NCBI GenBank assembly: GCA_964497265.1
Contig: CAZCCK010000003.1
Coordinates: forward strand, 2,972 to 66,971
Source of the DNA: Candidatus Woesearchaeota archaeon
Lineage (GTDB): Archaea > Nanobdellota > Nanobdellia > SCGC-AAA011-G17 > GW2011-AR18
Direction: 5' to 3'
Length of the DNA: 64,000 nt
The notes below the pieces were generated by a model. That model saw only the letters and a program-made list of their open reading frames with translations. It ran no database searches and was not told the DNA's origin. Shown here in pieces: positions 1 to 9,589 of the stretch. Each line of letters begins with the position of its first letter. Positions within the stretch are counted from its first letter, which is position 1. A program made the translations under genes and the position numbers.

Positions 1-3000
1 ATTGGTGGTAAAGTCAACGACTGCACGATGTAGACCCGCGCCTCTATTGGTGGTATTATAAAGGAAGTACCATTTTCCATCTGCAAGATAAGTGAAGTTG
101 CTTGTGTTAAAGATAAGTGAAGCGCTTCCTGAAGAGAAGTTGTAAACAAAGAGTGTGGTATTCGTGATATTTCTGTTTGTATAGTCTGTTTTTCCATCAA
201 GGAAAGTTTGGACACTGATTAAAACAGTATCGTTCAAAGTGACTTGCGTTGGACTGATTGTCAAAGAGAGGGGGTTGCTTCTTGAAGTTTGGAGGACGGT
301 TAGATTCTGAGCGATACTATAATTTTCATTACCTGTGGTATCATTTGCGAACCAGAAGTAGGAGTGATCTCCAGGACCCAGACCGTTAACGACGATTTTG
401 TGTTGGTCTGTAGTAAAGTTGATGATTTCTCCTGCTTTTTTAGAGTAGTTAATATTGTCTATGGAGAAAATGACTTCTGAAAGATCTTTATCTGGATCTG
501 AAATTGTTGCACTGAATGTGTATCTATTTGCAGGATGGAAGGGTACGGGTGTGGGCGGAACAACCGCCAAGTTACTGACCGAAGGAACTTGTCCAGAGGT
601 TCCTGTTGCGGTGAAGCTGCTGAAGTTAGTGCTATTGAAAATGAGATTATGCGAAATATAACTTAAGTAAACACAAGCTGCAGTTGATCGACAATTACTG
701 ACAAGTGGACTTTGGGTGATGTTGCCATAGTCAGTATCAAAATATTCTACTTTGTAGATTTTTCGGATTTGAGTAAGATTTAGTCCAAACAAAGTAATCT
801 GTGTTGTTGAATTAGTGATATTTGTTTCATTGAAAGCACTGCTATTGAAAGCAATTGTGTTATTTCCTATAAAAATGTTCATCCCTAATCCCATTCCTCC
901 CAAAGCTTTAGTGCTAATTCCTTGGGTGAAAGTGTCTGAAGTCCATTTTATTTCTCCAAAACTGTTGTTATAGATAAGGTAGTTGTAGTAACCAGGTCCT
1001 GAAGTATCTATAATTTCATTTCCAATACGGGAGGCAGTAAGATTATTATTTACAAGGGTAGTAGTGTTTGTATTTCCGCTAATGAAGACCGTATGGGAAA
1101 GCGCGATAATGACATTAGAGTCAACATAAGTGTTTCTTGTGCTTACTTGACTTCCACTCGCTTGTAAGTAGAGCGCAAAGGCATTATTTGCAAAGAAAGT
1201 TCTAATTTTATTCGCACGAACAGTAGTATTTATAGAGGTACTAATTATATTTATTCCAAATGAATTGGTTCCTGCAGTGGTGACGTTATTTTCATTGATG
1301 AAACTATCCTGCTGTCCAGAGAAGCGTATTCCAACCCCATTACTTTCATTGGTAGTGACGGCATTTTGAGTGACATTATCCCTACGTCCAGAGGTAAAGA
1401 AGATTCCGATTCCAGTGGAGATAAGTTGGACAGTGTTATTGTAAACAGTGGTGTTGTCTGAACTATCAAAGGTTATTGCGGTGCTTCCCGAGGTATTTCC
1501 TTCATAGACTTTACAATTTCGAATAGTGATATTCTTAAATCCGTAAGTTCCATCAACGCCGTAAGCGACTTGATCTCCGACTAAGGAGTAGGTAAGGTTA
1601 TATCCTAAACAATCCAGATTGATAGAGCGATTAGAGATAACAATACAGGTATTTGGACTGCTTAGGGAGTTAGAAAGATTGTAGGCTCCAGATTGGGTAA
1701 TGTTTATGCAATTTCCAATAATTCCAGGTTTATTTAAAATGAGTACGCGTGTTTCAGAAGTGTTTATGTTGTTTGCTTTATCTGTTACTGTAACATTGTA
1801 AAGGTAAGTATCATTGTTGAAACTACTTGTAAAATTATAAGTGAAGGTGAGATTAGAGGTAACATAAGTTGTGGCATTTACCGTAGAACTATTCGTGATG
1901 GTGAGGGTAACATTAGCCAGATTTTGTTCGTTAGTGATCGTGAAATTAAAGAGGACGAAATTTTGATTGCGATAACTGCCATTATCTTGGGTAGTCGGAA
2001 CAAAGGTTATAACGGGTAAAAGTTGATCGAGAATAAGGACTCTTGTTTCTGAAATGTTAATGTTGTTTGCTTTATCTGTTACACTAAAGTTATACACGTA
2101 AGTATCGTTACCAAGAGTTCCTGTGAAGTTAAAGGTAAAGGTCGTGTTAGCGGTAGTGAGGGTTGTGGTATTAACGGTCGTGCTATTAGAGATTGTGAAA
2201 GTGAGGTTGGCTACGTTTTGTTCATTGAGAATAGACGTGTTAATCAAAATAAAGTTTTGGCTTTTGTAGGTACCATTTGCTTCAGTATTTAGAACGAGAT
2301 AAGGGCTTGGAGTAATTGAATCAATAAAAATGACGCGAAGCTGAGTAACATTGACATTATTAGCCTTATCTGTAACAGTAACATTGTAAAGGTAAGTATC
2401 ATTTTTTGAGGTGGTTGTAAAGTTAAAAGAGTAGGTATCGTTTAAGAAAAAGTAAGTCGTTTGATTAATCAGAGTACTGTTACTAAAACTAAAGGTTATG
2501 TTTGCAAAGTTTACTTCATTAGTTAAGCTTGCGTTGACAAAAATAAAGTTTTGATTTTTATAAGTTCCATTAGATTCCGTATTTGCGATAAGAGAGATCC
2601 TAGGGAACACTTGATCTAAATAGATGACTCTTGTTTCGCTTATATTTTGATTATTTGCTTTATCGGTTACTGTAACATTGTACAAGTAGGTATCATTACC
2701 GAGTGTTCCCGTGAAGTTATAAGTCAGGGTGAGATTAGAAGTTGAAAAAGTGGTTGTGTTTACAGTCGTGCTATTCGAAATAGTAAAGGTAATATTCGCG
2801 ATGTTTTGTTCATTTAAGATAGTGGTGTTGATAAGAATAAAGTTTTGGGATTTATAGGTTCCATTTTGTTCGGTTGTAGAGATTAAAAGCGGTTGAGGAA
2901 TTTTATTGTCAATGAAAAGTACGCGGGTTTCTGAAACGTTGATGTTATTTGCTTTATCAGTGGCAGTAATGTTATACAAGTAGGTATCATTTCCTAATCC

Positions 3001-6000
3001 AAGGACACTAAAATTATAGGTAAAAGTAAGATTGGGATTGAGATAGATTGTGGTATTAACAGTAGTACTATTCGAGATACTTAAGCTAATGTTTGCTAGA
3101 TTTTGTTCATTGGTAATTGTAAAGTTGAGAAGAACAAAGTTTTGGTTTTTATAAGTTCCATTAGATTCGGTATTAGGGACAAAGGTAAGTACAGGTAGCA
3201 GAGTGTCAAGATATATTACTCGCGTCTCTGAAGTGTTAACTGTGTTCGCTTTGTCTCTTACGGTAAAGTTGTAGAGGTAGGTGTCATTACCCAAGCCTAA
3301 AACAGAAAAGTTAAAAGTAAAAGTAGTATTTGTAGTTACAAATGTTGTCGTATTGACAGTGGTGCTGTTACTTACCGAGAAGGTAATATTCGCGACGTTT
3401 TGTTCATTAAGAATACTCGCGTTGAAAAGAATAAAATTCTGACTTTTATAGGTGCCATTTGCTTCAGTGTTTGCAACAAAGAGAGGCTGAGGAATTTGAT
3501 TATCAATAATTAAAACACGATTTTCAGAGATGTTTACATTGTTGGCTTTATCTCGTGCAGTTACATTGTATAAGAAAGTGTCATTGCCCAAACCAAGTAC
3601 AGAAAAGTTAAAAGTGAAAGTAGTGTTGGTAGTTGTGAAGCTTGTTGTGTTGACCGTGCTACTGTTAGCAAGAGTAAAGGTAAGGTTAGCAAGGTTTTGT
3701 TCATTAGTGATAGAGATGTTAATTAAAATAAAACTTTGATTTCTTACAGTCCCGTTTGCTTCAGTGTTTAAAATAAAGGTTAATACCGGTAAATAAGGGT
3801 CTAGATAGATGACTCTTGTTTCACTCGTATTTTGATTGTTTGCTTTATCTGTTACTGTAACGTTGTAGAGGTACGTGTCATTATTAAATCCGTCCGTAAA
3901 ATTAAAGGTAAGGGTTGTATTCACAGTAGAGTAAGTCGTAGAATTTACAGTGCTACTATTTGAAAGAGTAAAAGTGATGTTTGCGATATTTTTTTCATTC
4001 AAAACACTTACATTAAAGAGGATAAAGTTTTGATTTTTGTAGGTTCCGTTTGCTTCAGTGTTTGCGATAAAAAGAGGTTGAGGCGTCTTAGTATCGATAA
4101 AGAGTACGCGTGTTTCAGAGGTATTGACGTTGTTTGCTTTATCTCTTACCGTGATATTATACAAGTAGGTGTCGTTCCCTAATCCTAAGATCGAGAAGTT
4201 GTAAGTGAAAGTAGTATTCGTGGTCACAAAGGTAGTGGTATTTACCGTGGTGCTGTTAGAGATCGTAATCGTTACATTAGCGACATTCTGTTCATTAACG
4301 ATGCTGGTATTAAGCAAAATGAAGTTTTGATTTTTGTAAGTCCCGTTTGCTTCAGTGTTTGCAATAAAGAGAGGTTGGGGGATTTTATTATCGATTAAGA
4401 TGTAACGATTTTCAGTCGTGTTTGTTCCACCTGGACCTGTCGCAGTCACATTGTACTGATAAGTATCGTTTCCTAATCCCAAAATTGAGAAGTTAAATGT
4501 TGCTGTTGTATTTGTAATAGAGTAGGTAGTGGTATTGACCGTAGTGCTATTTCCAACAGTGAAATCATAGCTTGTAACAGTTCCAGCACCAATAATAGTA
4601 ATATTAAATAAAATAAAGTTCTGGTTGGCGGCAGTGCCATTTGCTTCAGTGTTTAAAATAAAGACCGGTGCGGGAGTTACAATAGACGGGTATGTTCCGT
4701 TAGCGACAAAAGCGCCCGTGACGTTAGTAACATTAAAGATCAAGTTTCCTGTAGTTTGATTGTAAGAAATAATTTGACAGCCCAGATTATTTTTTGTGCA
4801 ATCATAAGCTAAAGAAGATTGGGTGATGTTTCCATAGTCTACATCTGGATATTCTACTCTCAAGATATTTGTGACGTTCGTAAAGTTAAGCCCGAACATA
4901 GAGAGATTAGCATTGCTACTAGTAATGTTGCTAGTGACTGCAATGGCCAGGGTGAATGAGCTTGTGTTGAAAGTGAGAGTGTTATTATAGAGATAGAGGT
5001 TGAAGTTAACACCTAATTTACCTGTGGTGTTAGTGTCCATTGCGGTGAGGTAATTAAGTTGCGTCCAACGGAATTCACCAAAACTGTTGTTATAGATAAG
5101 ATAGTTATTTACAGCGTTGAGGTTGTTGTTATCACTTATTTCAAGAGAACCGCCTGCGGTAGCGGTGATGTTGTTATTTAAGATAACGGTTTTATTAGTC
5201 GGACTTCCAAAGCTAACTCCAACAGTACCTCCTGTGAGAAGATTTTGCTCTAGAAGGTTTCCTACAGAGGTAGTTAGAAACTGAACTGCGACTCCTCCGT
5301 TAGTAGAAATAGAACGAACTTTATTATCGCGAATAGTGTTATTATCAGAGTTAGTGATGAATTGTAATCCAATTGCATTGGTTCCTGTTGCGTTAACGCT
5401 GTTTTCGATTACAGCCCCATTATCCACATTAGTATATCTAATCGTATGTGCGTTCGCGCCAGGGGTTGAGATATTATTTCTGCTGGAATTGATATTTCTC
5501 GAGTTAGTTGCGGCAATTCCAAAAGCGGCAGTGGTAAGGGTTTTCATGGTGTTGTTAAAGATGGTTGAGTTGTCTGCGTTCGTGGTAAATTGAACAGCAT
5601 GTTTACCTGAGGTAGAGGTATTTCCTTCTAAAAAATTACAATTTCTGAGCGTAACGTTTGCAAACCCAGTATCATTGAAACCGAAGACAACTTGGTCTCC
5701 CGCAGTCCCATAAGTAATCTTGTATGCTCCTAAACAATCTAAGATGACGCTTTTGTTAGCTATGGTAAAACATGCTTCTGTTGCAGTTACATCTTGAGTG
5801 AGGTTATATGCTTCTCCATCATTCCAGCCTAAAGTTCCGCATGCGCTTTGAGTGGGATCAATTTTAGCTAGAAATCCGGAAGAACTGACTGTTAAGTTAA
5901 ATTGATTGGAGTTGTACTTAAGATCTTTGTATTCTACTCTTATTCCAAAGGGATTTCTAGTATTTATCGCATTAGGGAGAGATTTCCAATTGTTAAAGGA

Positions 6001-6561
6001 AAGAACTTCATAAGTAAAGGTGCTGTTAATTTGTTCTCCATTGGAATCTGAGCTAAAGTTAACAGAAGTAAAGTTTATTCTTTCGTAATCATCAGAAAAA
6101 AGATAAGTTACATCTTTTGCAGTGGAATTTTCAAAAAAGGTTTTTATAATCGGGTTATGAATAACAGGTTTGTCAGAATTTTGATTTTCAATGCTAAAAA
6201 ATGCGGTGCAGGATTTGTAAGGATCTGCTGGCCTTCCCCAATCACAATAGATGTGGGGATTAGTACTAGTAACAATTCCGCTGAGGTTAGAGAATTGATG
6301 GTCATGGTAGCGAAGTTCTTTTCCAGATTCAATAGTAAGAGGGCTGTTAAAGGGAAGAGTGGCTTGAAAAGCTACAGGAGGTGTTGTATCTTTCTCATCA
6401 ATGACCGCGAAAGTAGTCGGGGAGGGGGGTTTAATTAAAGAAAAGAAAAGAAGAGTTAAAAAGAGGATCAAAAAGAGGAAGAGTCCGGTTTTAGGGAGGT
6501 TCTTTTTACTAAGAAAGCTAAGTCTATCTAAATCTTTCTTCCCCGTTTTTTTTCTGTACAT
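1..6561 (-). CDS. Giant secreted or surface glycoprotein, at least 2187 aa, open at the left edge: signal/TM segment, beta-helix-like domain, about 10 Ig-like repeats, second beta-helix-like domain
   Basis: ATG at 6561 reads MYRKKTGKKDLDRLSFLSKKNLPKTGLFLFLILFLTLLFFSLIKPPSP. The same frame reads LHRAVVDFTTN at position 1. It is Asn/Thr-rich with dense N-x-S/T sequons. It is absent from the ORF track, consistent with no stop codon inside the window. Confidence 0.88.
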   Translation of the reverse strand, partial: MYRKKTGKKDLDRLSFLSKKNLPKTGLFLFLILFLTLLFFSLIKPPSPTTFAVIDEKDTTPPVAFQATLPFNSPLTIESGKELRYHDHQFSNLSGIVTSTNPHIYCDWGRPADPYKSCTAFFSIENQNSDKPVIHNPIIKTFFENSTAKDVTYLFSDDYERINFTSVNFSSDSNGEQINSTFTYEVLSFNNWKSLPNAINTRNPFGIRVEYKDLKYNSNQFNLTVSSSGFLAKIDPTQSACGTLGWNDGEAYNLTQDVTATEACFTIANKSVILDCLGAYKITYGTAGDQVVFGFNDTGFANVTLRNCNFLEGNTSTSGKHAVQFTTNADNSTIFNNTMKTLTTAAFGIAATNSRNINSSRNNISTPGANAHTIRYTNVDNGAVIENSVNATGTNAIGLQFITNSDNNTIRDNKVRSISTNGGVAVQFLTTSVGNLLEQNLLTGGTVGVSFGSPTNKTVILNNNITATAGGSLEISDNNNLNAVNNYLIYNNSFGEFRWTQLNYLTAMDTNTTGKLGVNFNLYLYNNTLTFNTSSFTLAIAVTSNITSSNANLSMFGLNFTNVTNILRVEYPDVDYGNITQSSLAYDCTKNNLGCQIISYNQTTGNLIFNVTNVTGAFVANGTYPSIVTPAPVFILNTEANGTAANQNFILFNITIIGAGTVTSYDFTVGNSTTVNTTTYSITNTTATFNFSILGLGNDTYQYNVTATGPGGTNTTENRYILIDNKIPQPLFIANTEANGTYKNQNFILLNTSIVNEQNVANVTITISNSTTVNTTTFVTTNTTFTYNFSILGLGNDTYLYNITVRDKANNVNTSETRVLFIDTKTPQPLFIANTEANGTYKNQNFILFNVSVLNEKNIANITFTLSNSSTVNSTTYSTVNTTLTFNFTDGFNNDTYLYNVTVTDKANNQNTSETRVIYLDPYLPVLTFILNTEANGTVRNQSFILINISITNEQNLANLTFTLANSSTVNTTSFTTTNTTFTFNFSVLGLGNDTFLYNVTARDKANNVNISENRVLIIDNQIPQPLFVANTEANGTYKSQNFILFNASILNEQNVANITFSVSNSTTVNTTTFVTTNTTFTFNFSVLGLGNDTYLYNFTVRDKANTVNTSETRVIYLDTLLPVLTFVPNTESNGTYKNQNFVLLNFTITNEQNLANISLSISNSTTVNTTIYLNPNLTFTYNFSVLGLGNDTYLYNITATDKANNINVSETRVLFIDNKIPQPLLISTTEQNGTYKSQNFILINTTILNEQNIANITFTISNSTTVNTTTFSTSNLTLTYNFTGTLGNDTYLYNVTVTDKANNQNISETRVIYLDQVFPRISLIANTESNGTYKNQNFIFVNASLTNEVNFANITFSFSNSTLINQTTYFFLNDTYSFNFTTTSKNDTYLYNVTVTDKANNVNVTQLRVIFIDSITPSPYLVLNTEANGTYKSQNFILINTSILNEQNVANLTFTISNSTTVNTTTLTTANTTFTFNFTGTLGNDTYVYNFSVTDKANNINISETRVLILDQLLPVITFVPTTQDNGSYRNQNFVLFNFTITNEQNLANVTLTITNSSTVNATTYVTSNLTFTYNFTSSFNNDTYLYNVTVTDKANNINTSETRVLILNKPGIIGNCINITQSGAYNLSNSLSSPNTCIVISNRSINLDCLGYNLTYSLVGDQVAYGVDGTYGFKNITIRNCKVYEGNTSGSTAITFDSSDNTTVYNNTVQLISTGIGIFFTSGRRDNVTQNAVTTNESNGVGIRFSGQQDSFINENNVTTAGTNSFGINIISTSINTTVRANKIRTFFANNAFALYLQASGSQVSTRNTYVDSNVIIALSHTVFISGNTNTTTLVNNNLTASRIGNEIIDTSGPGYYNYLIYNNSFGEIKWTSDTFTQGISTKALGGMGLGMNIFIGNNTIAFNSSAFNETNITNSTTQITLFGLNLTQIRKIYKVEYFDTDYGNITQSPLVSNCRSTAACVYLSYISHNLIFNSTNFSSFTATGTSGQVPSVSNLAVVPPTPVPFHPANRYTFSATISDPDKDLSEVIFSIDNINYSKKAGEIINFTTDQHKIVVNGLGPGDHSYFWFANDTTGNENYSIAQNLTVLQTSRSNPLSLTISPTQVTLNDTVLISVQTFLDGKTDYTNRNITNTTLFVYNFSSGSASLIFNTSNFTYLADGKWYFLYNTTNRGAGLHRAVVDFTTN
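1740..4680 (-). repeat. About 10 tandem ~100-aa (~300 nt) Ig-like repeats within the giant surface protein
   Basis: The motif NTE(A/S)NGTYK(N/S)QNFIL...NEQN(I/L/V)AN...NSTTVNTTT...GNDTYLYN(V/I)T(V/A)(T/R)DKANN.N.SETRV...D recurs near 4645, 4350, 4050, 3760, 3460, 3165, 2868, 2573, 2280 and 1985. Confidence 0.85.
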
Positions 6562-6644
6562 GTTCTAGGGATAATTCGGCTTTTGAGTATTTAAATAAGT
6601 TATGATCAAAAAGGTTTTAAAGAAGAGAGGAAATTAAGATTAAA

Positions 6645-8573
6645 ATGTTAAAGAGAGGGCTGATTATCTTATTTCTTTTGCTACTTCCTTCTGTTCTAGC
6701 CCAGTCTCCAGATGATGCTTCAGCTCTGACCTTAAAAACCAAAATAAGTGTAGAGATTCCAGTGAGTAAAAGCGTGGATTTTCTTAGAGCGAATGTAAGT
6801 TATTTTCCAAGGTCGGACTCTTTACAAAAGACATTGAGTTTAGAGATAAATACCGCGCCACCTGCTTCAGTAACGAGAAATGAGGAAGAGATTATTATAT
6901 ACTGGAAAAAGATTTCAAAAGAAGCTAGTTTTCAGATTGAAGGAGTTGTGAAGACAAAGCAGGAATTATTAAAAAAAGAAGAAAAACCTTCGCAAGAGTA
7001 TCTAAATCCAACCAAATTCATTAATTCTGATGATGAATCTATAAGAAAATTAGCGAAAGAGATTACTAAAGATGAAAAAGATCCTTTAATTCAAGTGTTT
7101 AAGCTCGGTGCTTGGACAAAAGAGAATATAAACTATGATCTTTCTTCCTTAAACGTTGAGGCTTCTTTGCCGGCAGTAAAAGTGTTAGAGGCTAAAGAGG
7201 GTGTTTGTGATGAGATTACGATTGTATTCTTATCTTTGGTAAGATCGGTTGGGATTCCAGCAAGGTATGTATCTGGGATTATGTATTCTGATGCGTTTAA
7301 GGAGAAGTGGGTTCCTCACGCCTGGGCAGAGGTGTATCTAAATGGCGAGTGGATTCCGTTTGACGTGACAGTAGGTCAGTTTATGTGGATTGATGTGTCT
7401 CATGTGAAGATGAAAGCTTCTCAAGATGTAGATTATTCTTCGATTGTGTATGATTGGCAGTCTGAAGGAGCAAACGTTGAACCTAAAGAAGTTTCTATTT
7501 CTTCTCAAGTTTTAAATTCCGAGTTTGTTTCAAAGGAATCGAAAATACTTTCAATAAAACCTTTATTTAAGCAAGTTTATCCTGGAAGTTTTGTTCCGTT
7601 AGAGATTATATTGAGGAATGATGAAAGCGAACAGGTAAGTGATTTAGTTTCTTTAACTTCAGGGCCTGGTTTTTTTGGTCAAGAGAGTATTCCTGTACTT
7701 TTAGAAGGAAAAGAAGAGAAGTCTATTTTTTTGATGTTAAAGATTCCGAAGGATTTAGCGAGTGACGATGATTATTCTACAAAGATCGAAGTGAAAGATC
7801 GTTGGAATAATCGTTTTTCAACACAACTTACGTTTGGAAAAAGGTACAGAAAAGTTTCTCTGGAAGAGGCAAAGTTTTTGATAAAGAAAGAAGAGCAAGA
7901 AGCAGAATTCGATCATTTTCCAGAGTTAGAAGCAGATTGTATTCCCACAAAATCTTCTTATGAAATTGGAGAGACTGCTCAGATAAGGTGTACTTTAAAA
8001 GACAAAGGTTTCGATGATTTGAGAGGGATAAGCATTTGTTTAAAAGAAGACTGTAAGAATGTAGACTTATTAAAAGGAGAGGAAAAAAGTATTATTTTTG
8101 AATGGGCGGTTACTTCAGCGCAAGAGTTAGAATTTACGTTCACCCAAAAAGAATTAAGTAAAAAAATTCTTTCTAAAATTTCAATTTTAGATTCTCCAGA
8201 TTTGAAAATAGAAAAGTTGCAATGCCCTCAAGTGATCGGTAAGGAGGACTCGGATAAGATCTCGCTTTTACTAAAAACAAAAAAACCTGTTCAGAACGCG
8301 TATCTTTTAGTGGAGGGGTTAGAGCCGTATCATTTAAAGGATTTTAAAAGTAATCAGATTGTAGTCCTTCCAATTAGAGGGAGTTATTTCGCGGATAAAA
8401 ACGGATATGTTCTAATCTATGTGGCGTATGATAATTTAGAGGGAAATCGTTTTGAAACATTCGATTTATGTGGGATTGAAGTAAAAGAGATAGGGTGGTC
8501 TGAAAAAGCCTTTAATAAAGTGAAAAGTTTTATTAGATATGATATTCCATTTTATATTTCAAGTTTAAATTAA
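6645..8573 (+). CDS. Secreted transglutaminase-like domain protein
   Basis: N-terminal signal peptide. GVCDE...PHAWAEVY...WIPFDVT gives the Cys-His-Asp triad of the transglutaminase-like superfamily. The C-terminal region is beta-rich. Confidence 0.85.
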   Translation: MLKRGLIILFLLLLPSVLAQSPDDASALTLKTKISVEIPVSKSVDFLRANVSYFPRSDSLQKTLSLEINTAPPASVTRNEEEIIIYWKKISKEASFQIEGVVKTKQELLKKEEKPSQEYLNPTKFINSDDESIRKLAKEITKDEKDPLIQVFKLGAWTKENINYDLSSLNVEASLPAVKVLEAKEGVCDEITIVFLSLVRSVGIPARYVSGIMYSDAFKEKWVPHAWAEVYLNGEWIPFDVTVGQFMWIDVSHVKMKASQDVDYSSIVYDWQSEGANVEPKEVSISSQVLNSEFVSKESKILSIKPLFKQVYPGSFVPLEIILRNDESEQVSDLVSLTSGPGFFGQESIPVLLEGKEEKSIFLMLKIPKDLASDDDYSTKIEVKDRWNNRFSTQLTFGKRYRKVSLEEAKFLIKKEEQEAEFDHFPELEADCIPTKSSYEIGETAQIRCTLKDKGFDDLRGISICLKEDCKNVDLLKGEEKSIIFEWAVTSAQELEFTFTQKELSKKILSKISILDSPDLKIEKLQCPQVIGKEDSDKISLLLKTKKPVQNAYLLVEGLEPYHLKDFKSNQIVVLPIRGSYFADKNGYVLIYVAYDNLEGNRFETFDLCGIEVKEIGWSEKAFNKVKSFIRYDIPFYISSLN

Positions 8574-9283
8574 GCTTCAAATTCTTTTTCGCTTTTAATT
8601 TCCTTTCCATCGAGAACTACTTTTCTTAAAATTTTTCCGCTTCTTTTTGCGTAGAATCGAGCTTGCTCGAAATCATTCTCATATTCTTTAGGAACATTTA
8701 AAGTGTTTATTTGAAAGGTATGGGATAATATTGCTTTTTTAAAATCTTCTTTAGTTTCAAAGACAAAATCTTTTACAATATCTAAGTTTTTAGTGCTAAA
8801 GGTACAAAAGTCTATTTTCAGTTTTGCTCCTTCCTCCGCTCCTTTTCCGGGTTTTGCAGAGGTAGGAGATTTGACTTTGCTTTTAAGTTCTCCTTGACTT
8901 GTTTTGAAAGAAAGGAGAATGAGATTTTGAGGGAATTTTTTGAATAAGTTAAAGATTTGTTCTTTAGTTAAGTCTAAGTCAAGCAAAAAGGTCTTTACTC
9001 CAGCGAATTGTTTTTTACCTGCGATAGGAAATCCTATTTCTTTCTCAATGTTTTTGGTAGTAATAATACCTCCTGTTACTCTTGTTGTTCCTTGAATGCT
9101 TTCAGCCAGGGCTAAAGCTAGTTCTCCTGAGAATTCGAAGGTGGTTTTGAATTTTGCAGAATCTTTTTTCTTAGTAATTTCTACGAGAGCTTTATTTTCG
9201 TAGTTTCCTTTACCATATCTAGTGAATTGCTTATGGACTAAATCGTCGGTTTTTCCTTCGAAGATTTTTCTTATGAAGTTCAT
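8570..9283 (-). CDS. Hypothetical protein (probable start MNFIRKIF at 9283)
   Basis: The longer ORF-track start overlaps tRNA-Gly, so ATG 9283 is preferred. Lys-rich 237-aa soluble protein. Confidence 0.7.
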   Translation of the reverse strand: MNFIRKIFEGKTDDLVHKQFTRYGKGNYENKALVEITKKKDSAKFKTTFEFSGELALALAESIQGTTRVTGGIITTKNIEKEIGFPIAGKKQFAGVKTFLLDLDLTKEQIFNLFKKFPQNLILLSFKTSQGELKSKVKSPTSAKPGKGAEEGAKLKIDFCTFSTKNLDIVKDFVFETKEDFKKAILSHTFQINTLNVPKEYENDFEQARFYAKRSGKILRKVVLDGKEIKSEKEFEA

Positions 9284-9425
9284 TTGAAAAGCTCCTTGTG
9301 TTTCTTTTCTCCTACAAAGATCCAATATATAATCATAACGGTTGTTAAGATTAAGAGGAAGAGTAAAAGAGAGTTCATTTCTAGAAGAAAAAGAAGGAGT
9401 ATTATTTAAAGCTAATGAGAAAGAA

Positions 9426-9535
9426 TGCGACCAGCGGGAATCGAACCCGCGACCCAACCTGTTTCCTTTTGATCAAACTTTTACGAAAAAAAGTTTGTTT
9501 GGGAAGGTCGAATTATACCATTTAACTATAGCCGC
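9426..9535 (-). tRNA. tRNA-Gly(CCC) with a 39-nt intron at 37/38 (9461..9499)
   Basis: GCGGCTA/TGGTCGC acceptor stem, CGACC-TT-CCC-A|intron|A-GGTTG anticodon arm, GCGGG-TTCGATT-CCCGC T arm. Central helix TTCC/GGAA with CA|A and AC|A bulges. Mature length 71 nt. Confidence 0.93.
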
Positions 9536-9589
9536 TTATAAAGCAGGTTAACAAGTAAGTTTATAAATATTCTAGTGGCTTGAAGCTAG

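Noticed and set aside
1740..4680. Repeat array considered as CRISPR or as DGR TR/VR pairs
   Set aside because: The period is about 300 nt, in frame and protein-coding, with synonymous divergence. There is no repeat-spacer structure and no adenine-specific pattern.
455..6438. Short ORF-track calls within 1..6561
   Set aside because: They are antisense or off-frame shadows of the giant minus-strand CDS.
9284..9551. N-terminal extension of the 8570 ORF to 9457, and the + strand ORF 9342..9551
   Set aside because: Both overlap tRNA-Gly; ATG 9283 is the more plausible start.
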